In this document: positions 1-10,970 of the stretch, piece by piece
Position numbering within the stretch: position 1 is the stretch's first letter
How the letters are laid out: each line of letters starts with the position of its first letter
Assembly: GCA_038145565.1 (NCBI GenBank)
Contig: JAYQPX010000001.1
Span: forward strand, 8,255-72,254
Source: Chloroflexota bacterium
Lineage (GTDB): Bacteria; Chloroflexota; Limnocylindria; Limnocylindrales; Limnocylindraceae
DNA length: 64,000 nucleotides
Direction: 5' to 3'
Translations under genes and position numbers: made by a program
The notes under the pieces: model-generated
What the model saw: the letters and a program-made list of their open reading frames with translations, nothing else
The model's database searches: none
What the model was told of the DNA's origin: nothing

Positions 1-1923
1 GCGTGGCGGACGACCGCGCGCAGGGAAGCGTGTCTCCACCATGTTCGCGACAAAGACCACCGGAAACTCCAGGCCTTTCGCCTGATGGACGGTCAACAGG
101 GCAACGGCATCAAGATCTGGATCAACATCCGCCGCGGATGGATCATCACCTGCCTCACCAAGCTCTTCTAGGTAGCGGACCAGAAAGGGTGCACGATCAA
201 GTTCTAGCAGACGACTGCGTGAGCGAACCACATCAAAGAGTCGTCCAATGTTTCGGATCTGCTCATCTGCTTCTGGGGTTGCCTCACGCGTCAGTTCTGC
301 CAGGAGACCGCTCTCGCGCAACCAGCGGTAGAGAACCTCGCCACTGGTTCGTTCGACACTCTCCTTCACAAGGTCACTCAGTTGCACGAGCAACCGAACC
401 GTATCGGGGCTGTTCGCACCGACCGACTGCAGCGCCTCACGCAGCGGGCGATGATCTCGCCGCGACTTCCCCACCGCAGCGGCAAGCGTGCTCGCTGGCA
501 CTTTGAATCGCGGATCTGCAGCGATCAAGAAGAGCGGGGCTGACGCGTCCGGATCCGCAGCGTGCCGCAACCCTGCAAGGAGGAGGCGTACCTCCGGTCG
601 GGCGTAGAGGCCCGCCGCACCGCTCGCACGCCATGGGATCCCTGCCATGTTCAGGCTGCGACCGATCTCCGCGGTATCGACGTTCGCGCGCACCAACACC
701 GCATGGTCGCGGGGGAGCCGCCCCGATGCAACCGAACTGCGGATCTCGCTTGCAATCCAGTCCGCCTCGTCCGCAGTCGTGCGGAATCGGCGAAACGCCA
801 CAGGGTGCGGCGCGGACCCCTCGGCCTCGGCGCGCAGCTCCTTGGAGATCCCAAGCTTCGTCTCAAGTCGCTCTGGATCGTTGAATCGGATGAGGCGGCG
901 CGCCGCAGAGAGGATGGGAGTCGTGCTTCGGTAGTTCCTCGTAAGCACAACCTTTGATGCGTCAGGGTACCGATCGACAAATCCGAGGATGTTCTCTATG
1001 GCCGCACCGCGGAAACGATAGATCGACTGATCATCATCGCCAACGGCGGTCAGGTTGCGACTCCCGTGCGCGATCAGGTCGACGAGTGCCCCTTGGAGCC
1101 GATTCGTATCCTGATACTCGTCAACGAGGAGCCAACGGTGGCGCTCGCGGACGCGCGCGGCGACAAGGGGGTCGTCGCGAAGCAGCTCATACGCCAACAG
1201 CACCTGATCGCCAAAGTCGAGCAGACCGCTCCTCGCGAGGATGTTGCGGTACGCACGATAAGCGGCGGCGAGCTCACGATGCTCTTCCCCGAGTCGCTGG
1301 AGTGCATCCGCATGCGCGCTGACTTGTCGACGAATTTTGTCGTCATGAACGGTTTCACCCCTTAGCGTCTCTGCGCGCGCGCATAGATCTGCGGCGAATG
1401 CGTCGATCTGTTCAGCGCCAACTCCCTCTTCCTTTGCTCGTGAGATGTAGCCAGCAAGGTCACCAAGGAATCGTGTCGGATCCCCGAGCGGGGCAAATCG
1501 TGAGAGGCCTAGCTCAAAGAGGTGCTCACGGAGCAGGAGCACCACTTCCGCGCGGCCGAGCACGCGGAGCTCGCCCGAGATCCCGAGGCGGTGGGCGTTC
1601 TCACGAAGCAGCTCATCGCCCCAGGCATGAAAGGTTTTGATCGGCGTTGTGGCATATCCGTATGGAACGAGTCGATCCACGCGCCCCTGCATCTCTTCGG
1701 CAGCTCGGTCGGTGAATGTCAGTGCCAGGATCTCTTCTGGCGCGGCGCGCTGTTGAGCGATCAACCATGCAACTCGTCGAGTGATGACCTGCGTCTTCCC
1801 AGTCCCAGCCCCAGCAACGACAAGGAGTGGTCCTTCGCCATGCGTGACCGCTGCGTACTGTTCGTCATTCAGATCAGCGAGAAGGTGCTTGACTCCCTCT
1901 TCGAATGCCCGCGGTGCGCGCAC
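1..1923 (-). CDS. UvrD/PcrA-family ATP-dependent DNA helicase, N-terminal ~640 aa; gene runs off the window start (3' end missing)
   Basis: Manual minus-strand translation gives ...GVKHLLADLNDEQYAAVTHGEGPLLVVAGAGTGKTQVITRRVAWLIA (Walker A) and later DHAVLVRANVDTAEIGRSLNMAGIPW. No stop before position 1. Probable GTG start at 1923 with GGAG 5 nt upstream. Not in the ORF track because it has no stop inside the window. Confidence 0.85.
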   Translation of the reverse strand, partial: MRAPRAFEEGVKHLLADLNDEQYAAVTHGEGPLLVVAGAGTGKTQVITRRVAWLIAQQRAAPEEILALTFTDRAAEEMQGRVDRLVPYGYATTPIKTFHAWGDELLRENAHRLGISGELRVLGRAEVVLLLREHLFELGLSRFAPLGDPTRFLGDLAGYISRAKEEGVGAEQIDAFAADLCARAETLRGETVHDDKIRRQVSAHADALQRLGEEHRELAAAYRAYRNILARSGLLDFGDQVLLAYELLRDDPLVAARVRERHRWLLVDEYQDTNRLQGALVDLIAHGSRNLTAVGDDDQSIYRFRGAAIENILGFVDRYPDASKVVLTRNYRSTTPILSAARRLIRFNDPERLETKLGISKELRAEAEGSAPHPVAFRRFRTTADEADWIASEIRSSVASGRLPRDHAVLVRANVDTAEIGRSLNMAGIPWRASGAAGLYARPEVRLLLAGLRHAADPDASAPLFLIAADPRFKVPASTLAAAVGKSRRDHRPLREALQSVGANSPDTVRLLVQLSDLVKESVERTSGEVLYRWLRESGLLAELTREATPEADEQIRNIGRLFDVVRSRSRLLELDRAPFLVRYLEELGEAGDDPSAADVDPDLDAVALLTVHQAKGLEFPVVFVANMVETRFPARGRPPR

Positions 1924-2006
1924 CGACACTCCAGTCCAAACGGGTATCTGATCGCCCTGCGTTGAGTTGCTCCCAACTGACGCTGCGCCGCGTGGCGCGC
2001 GCGGGG

Positions 2007-2507
2007 TCACTTGCTTCGGCGGGTGTCACTCGGGGAGAGGAGTGCAGCATCGATGGCTGCGCGCTCCTCTTCACCGAGTACGGTCTCGCTCTCGCCGTGA
2101 ACCAGACGCTTCACATAAATCCTCGTTCCCACTCGGGCGTGGAGCGTAGTGATCACAACGCCACTCCCTTCAGCATCGAGTAGCGCCAACGAGCTGCTCT
2201 GCCCGGCACCCGCATCGTCATACGCCTGAAACTGCACGTGCCCAACCCGGCTCACAGCGTGCTGTGCCGCCGACTCCAACTGAGCAATTCGGGCCGCTCC
2301 GTCGCGCAACTGAAGGCCTTGCTCCGCCGTCTCTGCCAGGAGCTGTACGAGTTGTCCTGTCGTGCTCCCTTCCCCCTCGCGTATCAGCGCCGCGAGTTTG
2401 CGGCGGGCGGTTCGGGCGGCGAGAAGGGCAAGGAGGGCGATCAAGAGGGCGAGACCTCCAAGGAGCGCGGCCACGACGGTAAGGGTGCTGATCGCATCGG
2501 ACTGCAT
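2007..2507 (-). CDS. DUF4446-like small protein: N-terminal TM helix, then coiled-coil
   Basis: 166-aa ORF. Hydrophobic N-terminus TLTVVAALLGGLALLIALLALLAA, then RTARRK and an Ala/Leu/Glu/Gln-rich helical region. Sits directly upstream of the helicase gene. Confidence 0.55.
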   Translation of the reverse strand: MQSDAISTLTVVAALLGGLALLIALLALLAARTARRKLAALIREGEGSTTGQLVQLLAETAEQGLQLRDGAARIAQLESAAQHAVSRVGHVQFQAYDDAGAGQSSSLALLDAEGSGVVITTLHARVGTRIYVKRLVHGESETVLGEEERAAIDAALLSPSDTRRSK

Positions 2508-2617
2508 GCCCCGATCGTATCAGCCCCCTCGTGCCATCTAGTGGTCACGCGCTCTCCGCTATCCTGCAAGAGATGCAGCGACCGCTGCGCGACGAAAGCG
2601 GAGACGGAGGAGGAACC

Positions 2618-2950
2618 GTGGCGAAGGGTGTGAAGCGCTTCAGGCCAGATCAGCGCCCGAAGAAGGAACGGCCGAGCGCACCAAAGCGCGGTCTCACCGC
2701 CGCCGAAGAGGCCGCGGCTGCGGCATACGAGGCCAAGCTTGAGGCTCCACGCGTGATCAACGCGCCGACCAATCCACTCGACGCGCTGACCCGTAGCGCA
2801 TCTGCGCAACGTCTCGCGGCAGAGATCGCAACGGAGCTACCAGTGGTCCGCCGAGACCTTAGACGGATCGTTGTAACGTATGGGGCGCTCCTCGGACTTC
2901 TCGCCGCGATTTGGCTGGTTGCCACTACGACCGGCTTCATCAGCGCCTAA
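2618..2950 (+). CDS. hypothetical small protein with C-terminal TM helix
   Basis: The ORF 2531..2950 probably starts at the GTG at 2618, which is preceded by GGAGGAGG 5 nt upstream. GC3-rich codons. C-terminal hydrophobic stretch YGALLGLLAAIWLVATT. Confidence 0.45.
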   Translation: MAKGVKRFRPDQRPKKERPSAPKRGLTAAEEAAAAAYEAKLEAPRVINAPTNPLDALTRSASAQRLAAEIATELPVVRRDLRRIVVTYGALLGLLAAIWLVATTTGFISA

Positions 2951-2953
2951 CGG

Positions 2954-3878
2954 CGCGCCCACAATGGCGACCATCGTTCTCGCTGAGTCGATCGCAACCG
3001 TTGGCGTTGAAGCGCTCAAGGCGGCGGGGCACGCGGTTCACGAACTCTCTGGTCAGCCCCGCGAAGCCCTTGTCGCCGCCCTCAGCGAGGCGGATGCGCT
3101 CATCGTACGGTCGCAGGTCAGGGTGGACGCCGCGCTGATCGCAGCGGGACCGAAGCTGCGCATCATCGGACGCGCCGGTGTCGGCATTGACAATATTGAC
3201 GCTGTTGCAGCTGAGCGTGCAGGGATCCTCGTTGTCAACGCACCGGACGGGAATACGATTGCAGCGGCAGAGCATACATTCGCGCTACTCCTTGCACTCG
3301 CACGACACGTGGCGAAGGGTGACCGGTCAGTCCGCGACGGGGAATGGGTGCGCGCCGAGCTCAAGGGATTTGAGTTGCGTGGTCGGCGCCTTGGCATCGT
3401 CGGTCTCGGGCGGATCGGCCGAGCCGTTGCCGCGCGCGCTGCAGCATTTGGCATGGTCCTCCTTGGAGCCGATCCCGCGGTGAGCCGACAAGATGCGTCG
3501 AGCGCTGGCGTGCGACTCCTCTCGCTTGATCAGCTCCTCCAGGAATCAGATGTCGTGACCCTCCACACTCCCGCTGTTGGCGCGAATCCACTCATCGGTG
3601 CAGCAGAGCTCGCGAAGATGCAACCACATGCGGTGCTGATCAATGTGGCGCGAGGGAGCCTCGTCGACGAAAGCGCGCTCGCCGAAGCGCTAAGTTCAGG
3701 AGGCATCGCAGGCGCTGCAATTGATGTGTTCGCAACGGAGCCCCCAAAAGACTCACCGCTACTCACCGCGCCGAACACCGTTCTCACCCCGCATCTTGGT
3801 GCGCAGACGAGCGATGCGCAGGTTGCCGTCGCATATGAGGTTGCAGAGCGAATCTGTGACTTTTTCCGCGCCGCCTAG
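2954..3878 (+). CDS. D-isomer-specific 2-hydroxyacid dehydrogenase, short-form phosphoglycerate dehydrogenase (SerA)-like
   Basis: Start taken at MATIVLAESI (ATG 2954). Rossmann motif GIVGLGRIGRAVA. Catalytic region VARGSLVDESAL...HLGAQT is typical of the 2-Hacid_dh family. No ACT domain. Confidence 0.8.
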
Positions 3879-3881
3879 GAA

Positions 3882-4190
3882 CTACTCCCCGCCGCCGCTG
3901 CCGCCCGACTGCTTCGTTGGGGAGGTCCCGGGTGTTGGACTGGAGGCAGCAGGGGCTGAGCTCGGCGCGCCTCCTGATGAGCCGGTGGAAGTCGTAGCGC
4001 CACCGCTCTCCCCACCTCGACGTTCGAGCTTCGCCCAACCACTCCCCTTGAAGTGCACGCTCGTCGGCGAGAAGCGACGTTCAAGTGGGCCACCGCAGCC
4101 CTCGTGCGTTCGTTTCGTCTGGTCATCAATTCCGTGGAGCAACTCGACGATTGCGTCACAGCGTGCGCAGTGATAGTCGTAGAAGGGCAT
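3882..4190 (-). CDS. FmdB-family zinc-ribbon protein with Gly/Ser/Pro-rich tail
   Basis: N-terminus [21 protein letters not shown]...EGCGG is the FmdB CxxC...CxxC signature. Shares one nucleotide with the valS stop (TGATG). Confidence 0.8.
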   Translation of the reverse strand: MPFYDYHCARCDAIVELLHGIDDQTKRTHEGCGGPLERRFSPTSVHFKGSGWAKLERRGGESGGATTSTGSSGGAPSSAPAASSPTPGTSPTKQSGGSGGGE

Positions 4191-6880
4191 CAGGCACCTT
4201 GTTCGAGACGTGCGATCTCGTCGCGCAACTCTGCGACGCGCCGTTCGACGCCTGCGACCACTGTTGCGGGAGCCTTCCCTGTGAAAGACGGATCTGCAAG
4301 GCGCGTCTCAGCGGCCGCGAGTTGCGCTCGAGCGGCGACAAGTTCCCGTTCGCGACGCGCACGATCCGCGTCACGGGTTGATGCGTCTGCCTCTGGCGGC
4401 GTGAGTCGAGCGGTGAGGGCTCCCGCGACGATCAGCATCCCCTCTTCCCCCGCTGGCAGGTTCAAGGCGATCGTCAGCGGACGGACACGCGCCAGTCGCT
4501 CGATTGCTGCTCGCAAACGTTCGCCCGATGCAGCGAGGTCCGCCGGTGCGGCAACGGCAAGAGGCAACCACGCGCCGGCCGGGAGCTTTGTGCTGGTGCG
4601 CGCCGCACGCACTTCACGCACGAGATCAAGCCACTGATCGATCGGGCGAGCCTCGTCGCCTCCCTTGGCGTCTCGCAAAGGCCATGCGGCGGTGGCGAGG
4701 AGTGGCCTATCTCCGTTACGGCGCGGGAGCGCCTCCCAGATCCCTTCCGTGATGAACGGCGCAATTGGATGAAGCAGGCGCAGGAGTGTGTCAAGTCCAT
4801 CAACCAGCGTCCACCAGACGGCGGCGCGCTCCGCCGCAGGGCGCGACTCATCCGCGAGGGTGACCTTGGCGAGCTCAATCGCCTGATCGCAATACTCGGC
4901 CCAAGTCGCATCATAGATTCGCTGTGCCGCTTCAGAGAATCCGTATCCAGCGAGGTTCCGATCCACATCTTCGATCGCGCTACTGATGCGGGCTGACATC
5001 CACGCGCCAAACTCACCCGCCCCCTCCTGCGCGCTCCGCGCATCCGGACGTTCACCCGTGACCTCGGCCGGGCGGGCGCCGAGCACAAAGCGCGCCGCAT
5101 TCCAGAGCTTGTTCATGAAGTTTCGTGCGTTCTCCAGCTTCTCCGGTGAGAGGCGTTGATCGGCGCCAGCCGCAGTTCCGGAGACGAGCGCGAACCGGAG
5201 TGCATCGGCACCAATCTCATCAATCAGCGAGAGTGGGTCAACCACATTCCCCTTCGTCTTTGACATCTTCTGTCCCTCGGGGTCGCGCACCATTCCGTGC
5301 AGGTAGATCGTCTCAAATGGAGGCTCGCCCATCAGCTCAATGCCGAGCATCATCATGCGCGCCACCCAGAAGAAGAGGATGTCGTGCCCCGTCTCCATGA
5401 CTTGCGACGGGTAGTAGCGCTTCAGATCGCTCGTCTGCACTGGCCAGCCGAGTGTGCTGAACGGCCAGAGGCCAGAGCTAAACCACGTGTCAAAGATGTC
5501 GCTCTCCTGCACGAGGCTCTCAGCGAGCGCGCCGCACTCGCTGCAGCCCGATGGACCTACTGCGTCGGCGCTTACGGTGATGTGGCCATCGGCGCAATAC
5601 CACGCAGGGATCCGATGCCCCCACCAGAGCTGGCGGCTCACATTCCAATCACGGATCTCTGTAAGCCAGTGCTCCCACGTCTTTTCGAAATGTGCAGGAA
5701 CGATGCGTGTCTTCCCTGTACGAGTGGCGGCAAGCGCCTTCTCAGCGAGCGGCTTGGTGCGGATGAACCACTGCGTGCGCAGGCGCGGCTCGAGGATGTC
5801 GTTGCTCCGCTGACAGCGGGCCGGAGTTGTCGTATGCGGCTTCACCGAGACGAGGAGCCCGAGCGCATCGAGCGCTGCCACGATCGCCTTGCGCGCAGCA
5901 AACCGCTCCATCCCCGCGAACGGCTTCGGTGCGTCAGCCACAATGTGCGCCGCCTCATCCAAGATCGTCGGCGCGGGAAGGTTGTGACGCAATCCCACTT
6001 CCCGGTCGTTCGGATCGTGCGCAGGCGTCACCTTTACCGCGCCAGTACCGAAGGCCTGGTCTACAAAGTCGTCACCAAGGATCGGAACGGCGCGATCAAC
6101 GAACGGAATGATCACGCGCTTCCCGATTAGCTGTGCGTAGCGCGGGTCATCGGGGTGGACCGCAACCGCCGAATCGCCGAGCAGCGTCTCAGGGCGCGTC
6201 GTTGCAACCACGATCCCGTCACCGGGTGCGCCAGCTTCCAGAGGATATCGGATCTCCCAGATGTTTCCGCGCTCCTCTACAGCAATTGATTCAAGGTCGG
6301 AGACGCTCGTCTTGCATCCTGGGCACCAGTTGACCAGCGCCTCAGTGCGGTACGCGAGGCCGCGCTCATAGAGCGTGGCGAAGGCGGTACGTACGGCACG
6401 GCTCGAAACCTCATCCATCGTGAAGCGGGTGCGCCCCCAATCGGCAGATGCGCCGAGCCTGCGGAACTGTCCAAGGATGACGCCGCGCGTCTCTTCCATG
6501 AAGCGATCCATCCGTTGCAGGTAGCGCTCACGACCGAGACTACTGCGATTCTCCCCCTCTTCGGCAATGATCTTGTCCAACACGAACTGGGCGGCGATTG
6601 ATGCGTGATCAACGCCAGGGAGCCAGAGCGTTGGTCGCCCCTCCATCCGTGCCCTGCGCGCCAACAGATCTTCAAGGGTGACGAAGAGCGCGTGTCCTAC
6701 ATGGAGACCACCGGTGACATTCGGTGGCGGCATGATGATCGTGAATGGCGGGAGGTCCGCCTTGGCGACGCTGTCAGACCCCTCAGGGTTCCCATAGTCA
6801 CTCGCCGCCCAGCGCGACGCGACCTGCGGCTCAATCTCGCTCGGGGTGTAGGAGGAGCCGAGCTCGCGCGGAGCGCTCAC
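4190..6880 (-). CDS. valS: valine--tRNA ligase
   Basis: 896 aa. HIGH-type motif [17 protein letters not shown] motif KMSKTKGN, and a C-terminal coiled-coil as in ValRS. Confidence 0.92.
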   Translation of the reverse strand: MSAPRELGSSYTPSEIEPQVASRWAASDYGNPEGSDSVAKADLPPFTIIMPPPNVTGGLHVGHALFVTLEDLLARRARMEGRPTLWLPGVDHASIAAQFVLDKIIAEEGENRSSLGRERYLQRMDRFMEETRGVILGQFRRLGASADWGRTRFTMDEVSSRAVRTAFATLYERGLAYRTEALVNWCPGCKTSVSDLESIAVEERGNIWEIRYPLEAGAPGDGIVVATTRPETLLGDSAVAVHPDDPRYAQLIGKRVIIPFVDRAVPILGDDFVDQAFGTGAVKVTPAHDPNDREVGLRHNLPAPTILDEAAHIVADAPKPFAGMERFAARKAIVAALDALGLLVSVKPHTTTPARCQRSNDILEPRLRTQWFIRTKPLAEKALAATRTGKTRIVPAHFEKTWEHWLTEIRDWNVSRQLWWGHRIPAWYCADGHITVSADAVGPSGCSECGALAESLVQESDIFDTWFSSGLWPFSTLGWPVQTSDLKRYYPSQVMETGHDILFFWVARMMMLGIELMGEPPFETIYLHGMVRDPEGQKMSKTKGNVVDPLSLIDEIGADALRFALVSGTAAGADQRLSPEKLENARNFMNKLWNAARFVLGARPAEVTGERPDARSAQEGAGEFGAWMSARISSAIEDVDRNLAGYGFSEAAQRIYDATWAEYCDQAIELAKVTLADESRPAAERAAVWWTLVDGLDTLLRLLHPIAPFITEGIWEALPRRNGDRPLLATAAWPLRDAKGGDEARPIDQWLDLVREVRAARTSTKLPAGAWLPLAVAAPADLAASGERLRAAIERLARVRPLTIALNLPAGEEGMLIVAGALTARLTPPEADASTRDADRARRERELVAARAQLAAAETRLADPSFTGKAPATVVAGVERRVAELRDEIARLEQGA

Positions 6881-8274
6881 GCCGACGCGCGCGGCGCCGC
6901 TTTACGTGGGCGCTGCAGTGGGCCTGCCGCCCGCTTTGCGTCACTCGCTGCGGCGCCGATCTCCGATTCGCTCAGGAAGAGTGGAGAGACACCATCCGCG
7001 ACTGACTCCTCCGTCACCACGCAGCGGCGCACATCGCGGCGATCTGGGAGTTCGTACATGGTGTTGAGGAGCGTCTCTTCCACCACTGCACGCAGCGCAC
7101 GGGCACCGGTTTTGCGCGCCAGTGCCTTCTCAGCCGTAGCGCGCAGCGCACCTGGTGTGAACTGCAGCTCAACCTTATGAAGCTCAAAGAGTCGCTGGTA
7201 CTGCTTCACGAGTGCGCTCTTCGGCTGCACGAGGATCGCCACCAAATCATCAAGCGTCAACCGGTCAAGTGCAACCACCATCGGGAGTCTTCCGATGAAT
7301 TCGGGAATGAGCCCGTAGCGTAGGAGATCGTCGGGCATTAGCTGCTCCAGTACGCGCTCGCGCTCGTCACTCCCCTTCGGAGCATCGGACCCAAACCCGA
7401 TCCCGCGACGCCCAACGCGATCAGCGACGATCTTGTCGAGCCCTTCAAACGCGCCACCACAAATGAAGAGAATGTTGGTGGTGTCGATCTGGAGATACTC
7501 CTGGTGTGGATGCTTTCGACCACCCTGTGGCGGAACGTTCGCCACAGTCCCTTCGATAATCTTCAGCAGCGCCTGCTGGACACCCTCTCCCGACACATCG
7601 CGCGTGATCGATGGGTTCTCCGCCTTGCGCGTGATCTTGTCGATCTCGTCGATATAGATGATGCCGCGCTGTGCACGCTCAATGTCACCATCTGCCGCTT
7701 GGATAAGGCGCAGCAGGATGTTCTCAACGTCTTCGCCAACGTACCCAGCCTCAGTGAGGCTCGTGGCGTCAGCAATGCAGAACGGCACGTCAAGGAAGCG
7801 CGCGAGTGTCTGCGCAAGGAGGGTCTTCCCTGATCCAGTTGGGCCGACCAACAGGATGTTCGACTTGGCAATCTCTACGCCGTCCGACGAGGCGGGGGAA
7901 GCAATACGCTGAAAGTGGTTATGGACTGCAACGGCGAGCGAGCGCTTCGCGCGCTCCTGGCTAATCACATGCTCATTCAGTGCCGCGTGAATCTCGCGCG
8001 GCGTTGGCGTGGTGTCACCCCACGGGTTGCTTCGAACAGACGCGCTCGGTGACGGATCAACCGCAATCTCCGCGCACAGTGCAATGCACTCATCGCAGAT
8101 GAAGACGCCCTGCCCAGCGATCAGCTTGCGAACCTGCTCCTGCGTCTTTCTGCAGAACGAGCATCGATAGGATCCACTCCCAGGTCCGCCAGACTTTGCT
8201 CGGCGACCACCGCTTCGCGTCCCTTCGCCACCTCGAGAACCGTTCCGGCTCGTCCCGTCACCAGCCTCTGCCAT
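6877..8274 (-). CDS. clpX: ATP-dependent Clp protease ATP-binding subunit ClpX
   Basis: Zinc-binding motif [26 protein letters not shown] and Walker [19 protein letters not shown]. Unusual ~36-aa Gly/Arg-rich N-terminal extension with no in-frame alternative start. Confidence 0.92.
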   Translation of the reverse strand: MAEAGDGTSRNGSRGGEGTRSGGRRAKSGGPGSGSYRCSFCRKTQEQVRKLIAGQGVFICDECIALCAEIAVDPSPSASVRSNPWGDTTPTPREIHAALNEHVISQERAKRSLAVAVHNHFQRIASPASSDGVEIAKSNILLVGPTGSGKTLLAQTLARFLDVPFCIADATSLTEAGYVGEDVENILLRLIQAADGDIERAQRGIIYIDEIDKITRKAENPSITRDVSGEGVQQALLKIIEGTVANVPPQGGRKHPHQEYLQIDTTNILFICGGAFEGLDKIVADRVGRRGIGFGSDAPKGSDERERVLEQLMPDDLLRYGLIPEFIGRLPMVVALDRLTLDDLVAILVQPKSALVKQYQRLFELHKVELQFTPGALRATAEKALARKTGARALRAVVEETLLNTMYELPDRRDVRRCVVTEESVADGVSPLFLSESEIGAAASDAKRAAGPLQRPRKAAPRASA

Positions 8275-8283
8275 GCCGCGTGC

Positions 8284-8886
8284 CTACTTCCTCTTAGGCG
8301 GAACGATCGGAGGGAGCTTGTAGACCTCATCGATGATGCCGTACTCCACCGCCTCCTCTGGCGAGAGGAAGAGGTCGCGATCGGTATCTTTCACCACCTT
8401 GTCGATTGGCTGACCGGTGTGCGCGGCAAGGATCTCCTGGGTGGTCTTGACGAGCTTCTCCATCTCTTTCACCTGAATGAAGACATCTGGTGTGTTGCCA
8501 CGGAATCCGCCAGAGCCCTGGTGGATCATGATGCGGCTGTGCGGGAGCGCAAAGCGTCGGCCAGGTGCTCCTGCGGCGAGCAGGACGGCGCCCATCGACA
8601 TAGCGATGCCAGTGCAGATCGTGCTCACTGGTGCGCGCACATATTGCATGGTGTCGTAAATTGCGAGACCTGAAGTGATCACGCCACCTGGGCTGTTGAT
8701 GTAGAGGAAGATCTCCTTCTCGGGATCCTCGGCATCGAGGAAGAGGAGCTGTGCAATCACCAGGTTCGCAATGTCATCTTCGACACCTGCGCCGAGGAAG
8801 ATGATCCGCTCCTTGAGGAGGCGTGACCAGATGTCGTAGGCGCGTTCGCCCTTGCTGGACGACTCAATCACCATTGGTACGAGCAT
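8284..8886 (-). CDS. clpP: ATP-dependent Clp protease proteolytic subunit ClpP
   Basis: 200 aa. Ser-His-Asp protease core [11 protein letters not shown]...IMIHQGSGG. Sits between tig and clpX. Confidence 0.95.
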   Translation of the reverse strand: MLVPMVIESSSKGERAYDIWSRLLKERIIFLGAGVEDDIANLVIAQLLFLDAEDPEKEIFLYINSPGGVITSGLAIYDTMQYVRAPVSTICTGIAMSMGAVLLAAGAPGRRFALPHSRIMIHQGSGGFRGNTPDVFIQVKEMEKLVKTTQEILAAHTGQPIDKVVKDTDRDLFLSPEEAVEYGIIDEVYKLPPIVPPKRK

Positions 8887-8952
8887 TGACCCCTCCTAGC
8901 GTCTAAACCTTCGAACGACCCGCGACCGGATCTTCTGGTGTGGAGGGTGAGT

Positions 8953-10398
8953 TTACTTCGCGGATCGCTTTGCGGGCGAACGCTTCGCTTTGGGAGCGTC
9001 AGCCGACCCATCTGCGGGCCACACCGCAGGGCTGAGGGCGACGCTCGCTGCGGGACGCGGTGGCCGCTCAGGTCCCCATGCAGGCCATGCGCCGGGGTTT
9101 GCATCAAACCAGTCCTCAACGATCTTCTCAACCACGAGTGAGCGACGGAGCGAGGCGCGAATGGCGCGGCGCCCACGTTCTGAGGCGAGATACGCTTCCA
9201 GCTTCCGCTGACCCTGTACCTGGGGCTGCGCTCGGCGCACCTCTTCGTCAATGAGTTCCTCAGGCACCTGAATCCCTTCGGCGCCGGCAACCGCGGAGAG
9301 GACGAGCAGAGTGCGTGCGCGGCGCTCACCGCGATCGCGTAGCTCTGCGCGGATCTCTTCTGCGCTCTTCCCCGCCGCCTCAAGGTACTGCTCAAAGGAT
9401 AGACCTTGTCGCGCGATCGATCGCGCCAACTCATCGACAAGGCCGTCAATCTCTTCTTCGATCAACGGGTCAGGAATCTCGACGGTGGCGTTCTCCATGG
9501 CGTACTCCACGATCTTGTCAGCGAACTCGTGACGACCGCGATCTGCTGCGCTCGCCTTGAGGCGCGTCAGGATCTCAGCGCGTAACCCTTCCACGTTTTC
9601 CACGTTCGCAACCTGCTTGGCGAATGCATCGTCGAGTGGCGGCGGGATCCGCGCGCGTAGTTCCTGGATCACCACATCAAATCGTGCCGGTACACCGCGC
9701 AACGACTCTTCCTGATAATCGTCAGGGAAGGTCACCGAAACCGTGGCAGCGTCACCAATTTTCGCGCCAACAAGCTGTGCCTCAAACCCTGGGATCAGAC
9801 GCTCAGAACCGAGCACGATCGGCATCTTCTCAGACGCGGCGCCGTCAATTGGCGTGTCGTCCTTGTCGCGGTATCCAGCAAACGAGATGATCGCGTAATC
9901 GCCCATCGCTGCGCCGCGATCGGTCACGGGTGTCAAGACGGCATAACTGTCGCGCAGATCATCGATCACGGCGTCGACCTTCTTTGCATCCGGCTCCTCA
10001 AAGGTTGGTGTGAAGGTGAACTTCTGGTAGTCGCCGAGCTTCACTTCAGGCGGAACAGAGATCGTTGCCGAGAAGGAGTACTCAACCCCTTCTACTGCTG
10101 GCTGCGCCTCAATGGTGGGGCTCGTCAGCGGCAGCGTTTCCGACTCCATGATCGCCTTGCGATATCCGCGCTCAATGAGAATCTCTGTCGCCTCTTCGAG
10201 GATCCCCTCGAGTCCGGCAAATCGCTCGACCACTTGGCGCGGTGCCTTTCCAGGTCGGAAGCCAGGGATGCGGCTGCGAGACGACACCTGGCGCACTGCG
10301 CTGCTGATTGCGGCGGCCACCTCATCGGCGGGCATCACGATATCGAGTCGCAGGCTGCTCTTTGGTCCAGGCGTGGAGGTGACCTTCATGCGGTCCAC
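8953..10398 (-). CDS. tig: trigger factor (ribosome-associated PPIase chaperone)
   Basis: N-terminal ribosome-binding motif GFRPGKAPR and an FKBP-type middle domain. Pro/Ala/Lys-rich C-terminal tail. Conserved tig-clpP-clpX order. Confidence 0.9.
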   Translation of the reverse strand: MDRMKVTSTPGPKSSLRLDIVMPADEVAAAISSAVRQVSSRSRIPGFRPGKAPRQVVERFAGLEGILEEATEILIERGYRKAIMESETLPLTSPTIEAQPAVEGVEYSFSATISVPPEVKLGDYQKFTFTPTFEEPDAKKVDAVIDDLRDSYAVLTPVTDRGAAMGDYAIISFAGYRDKDDTPIDGAASEKMPIVLGSERLIPGFEAQLVGAKIGDAATVSVTFPDDYQEESLRGVPARFDVVIQELRARIPPPLDDAFAKQVANVENVEGLRAEILTRLKASAADRGRHEFADKIVEYAMENATVEIPDPLIEEEIDGLVDELARSIARQGLSFEQYLEAAGKSAEEIRAELRDRGERRARTLLVLSAVAGAEGIQVPEELIDEEVRRAQPQVQGQRKLEAYLASERGRRAIRASLRRSLVVEKIVEDWFDANPGAWPAWGPERPPRPAASVALSPAVWPADGSADAPKAKRSPAKRSAK

Positions 10399-10422
10399 GA
10401 TAGCCGAGAAGTCGCACGTTGA

Positions 10423-10509
10423 TGGTGGGCGAGGTGAGACTCGAACTCACACGTCGTTACCGACACCAGCTCCTAAGGCTGGCGCGTCTACCGTTTCGCC
10501 ACTCGCCCC
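10423..10509 (-). tRNA. tRNA-Leu(TAG), long variable arm, CCA encoded
   Basis: Reverse complement reads GGGCGAGTGGCGAAACGGTAGACGCGCCAGCCTTAGGAGCTGGTGTCGGTAACGACGTGTGAGTTCGAGTCTCACCTCGCCCACCA. Anticodon loop CTTAGGA, T-loop TTCGAGT. Confidence 0.85.
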
Positions 10510-10970
10510 CGATCATCATGGGCTTCCCCGCCGGTTTCGTCCACCCGAGCGGACGAAGTGCGAGAGCTGGCGGAACGCGAATCCGGCGGCCGTGCATCGA
10601 GAAGTGCGTCAATGACAGCACGGCCACCCTTCTCTGCCGCTGCTGCAGCAAGTCCGGCGGCGAAGGCGCTCACCACGCCCGCCCCCTCCGAAGGAGCACG
10701 CGTTGCATCACCACGCGGTTTTTGCGAACGACCGCCGGTGATCCAACGCAACCCAATCAGAGCGAGTGCCGCCACAATGCCGAGGACCTGCAACGGGTGT
10801 TCGCGCAGCTCCTTGCCGAGGCCGCCGCTTGGACGCAGCCGACGCGCAATCGCACGCGCGCCGCTGAGCGAACCCTCTCGCGCACGCTGCACCTGTTCAA
10901 CCTCTTGCGCAACACGAGGGCGCGCGGCTAGGAGCGCCGCCACTCGTTCTGGCTTCTGCTCGTCGCTCAT
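10488..10970 (-). CDS. hypothetical single-pass membrane protein (DUF3618/DUF883-like); 3' end overlaps tRNA-Leu
   Basis: 160 aa. Charged N-terminal half, one TM helix LQVLGIVAALALIGLRWI, low-complexity tail. 4-nt ATGA overlap with the upstream holin-like gene. The last ~22 nt lie inside the tRNA-Leu gene. Confidence 0.5.
   Translation of the reverse strand: MSDEQKPERVAALLAARPRVAQEVEQVQRAREGSLSGARAIARRLRPSGGLGKELREHPLQVLGIVAALALIGLRWITGGRSQKPRGDATRAPSEGAGVVSAFAAGLAAAAAEKGGRAVIDALLDARPPDSRSASSRTSSARVDETGGEAHDDRGRVAKR

Noticed and set aside
3-957. Several plus-strand ORFs (3..506, 562..957, 633..884) at the window start
   Set aside because: They lie opposite a clear UvrD-like helicase frame on the minus strand. 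Pro/Arg/His-rich artefacts.
5297-6130. 277-aa plus-strand ORF inside valS
   Set aside because: Antisense to an unambiguous valS reading frame. Arg/His-rich with no motifs.
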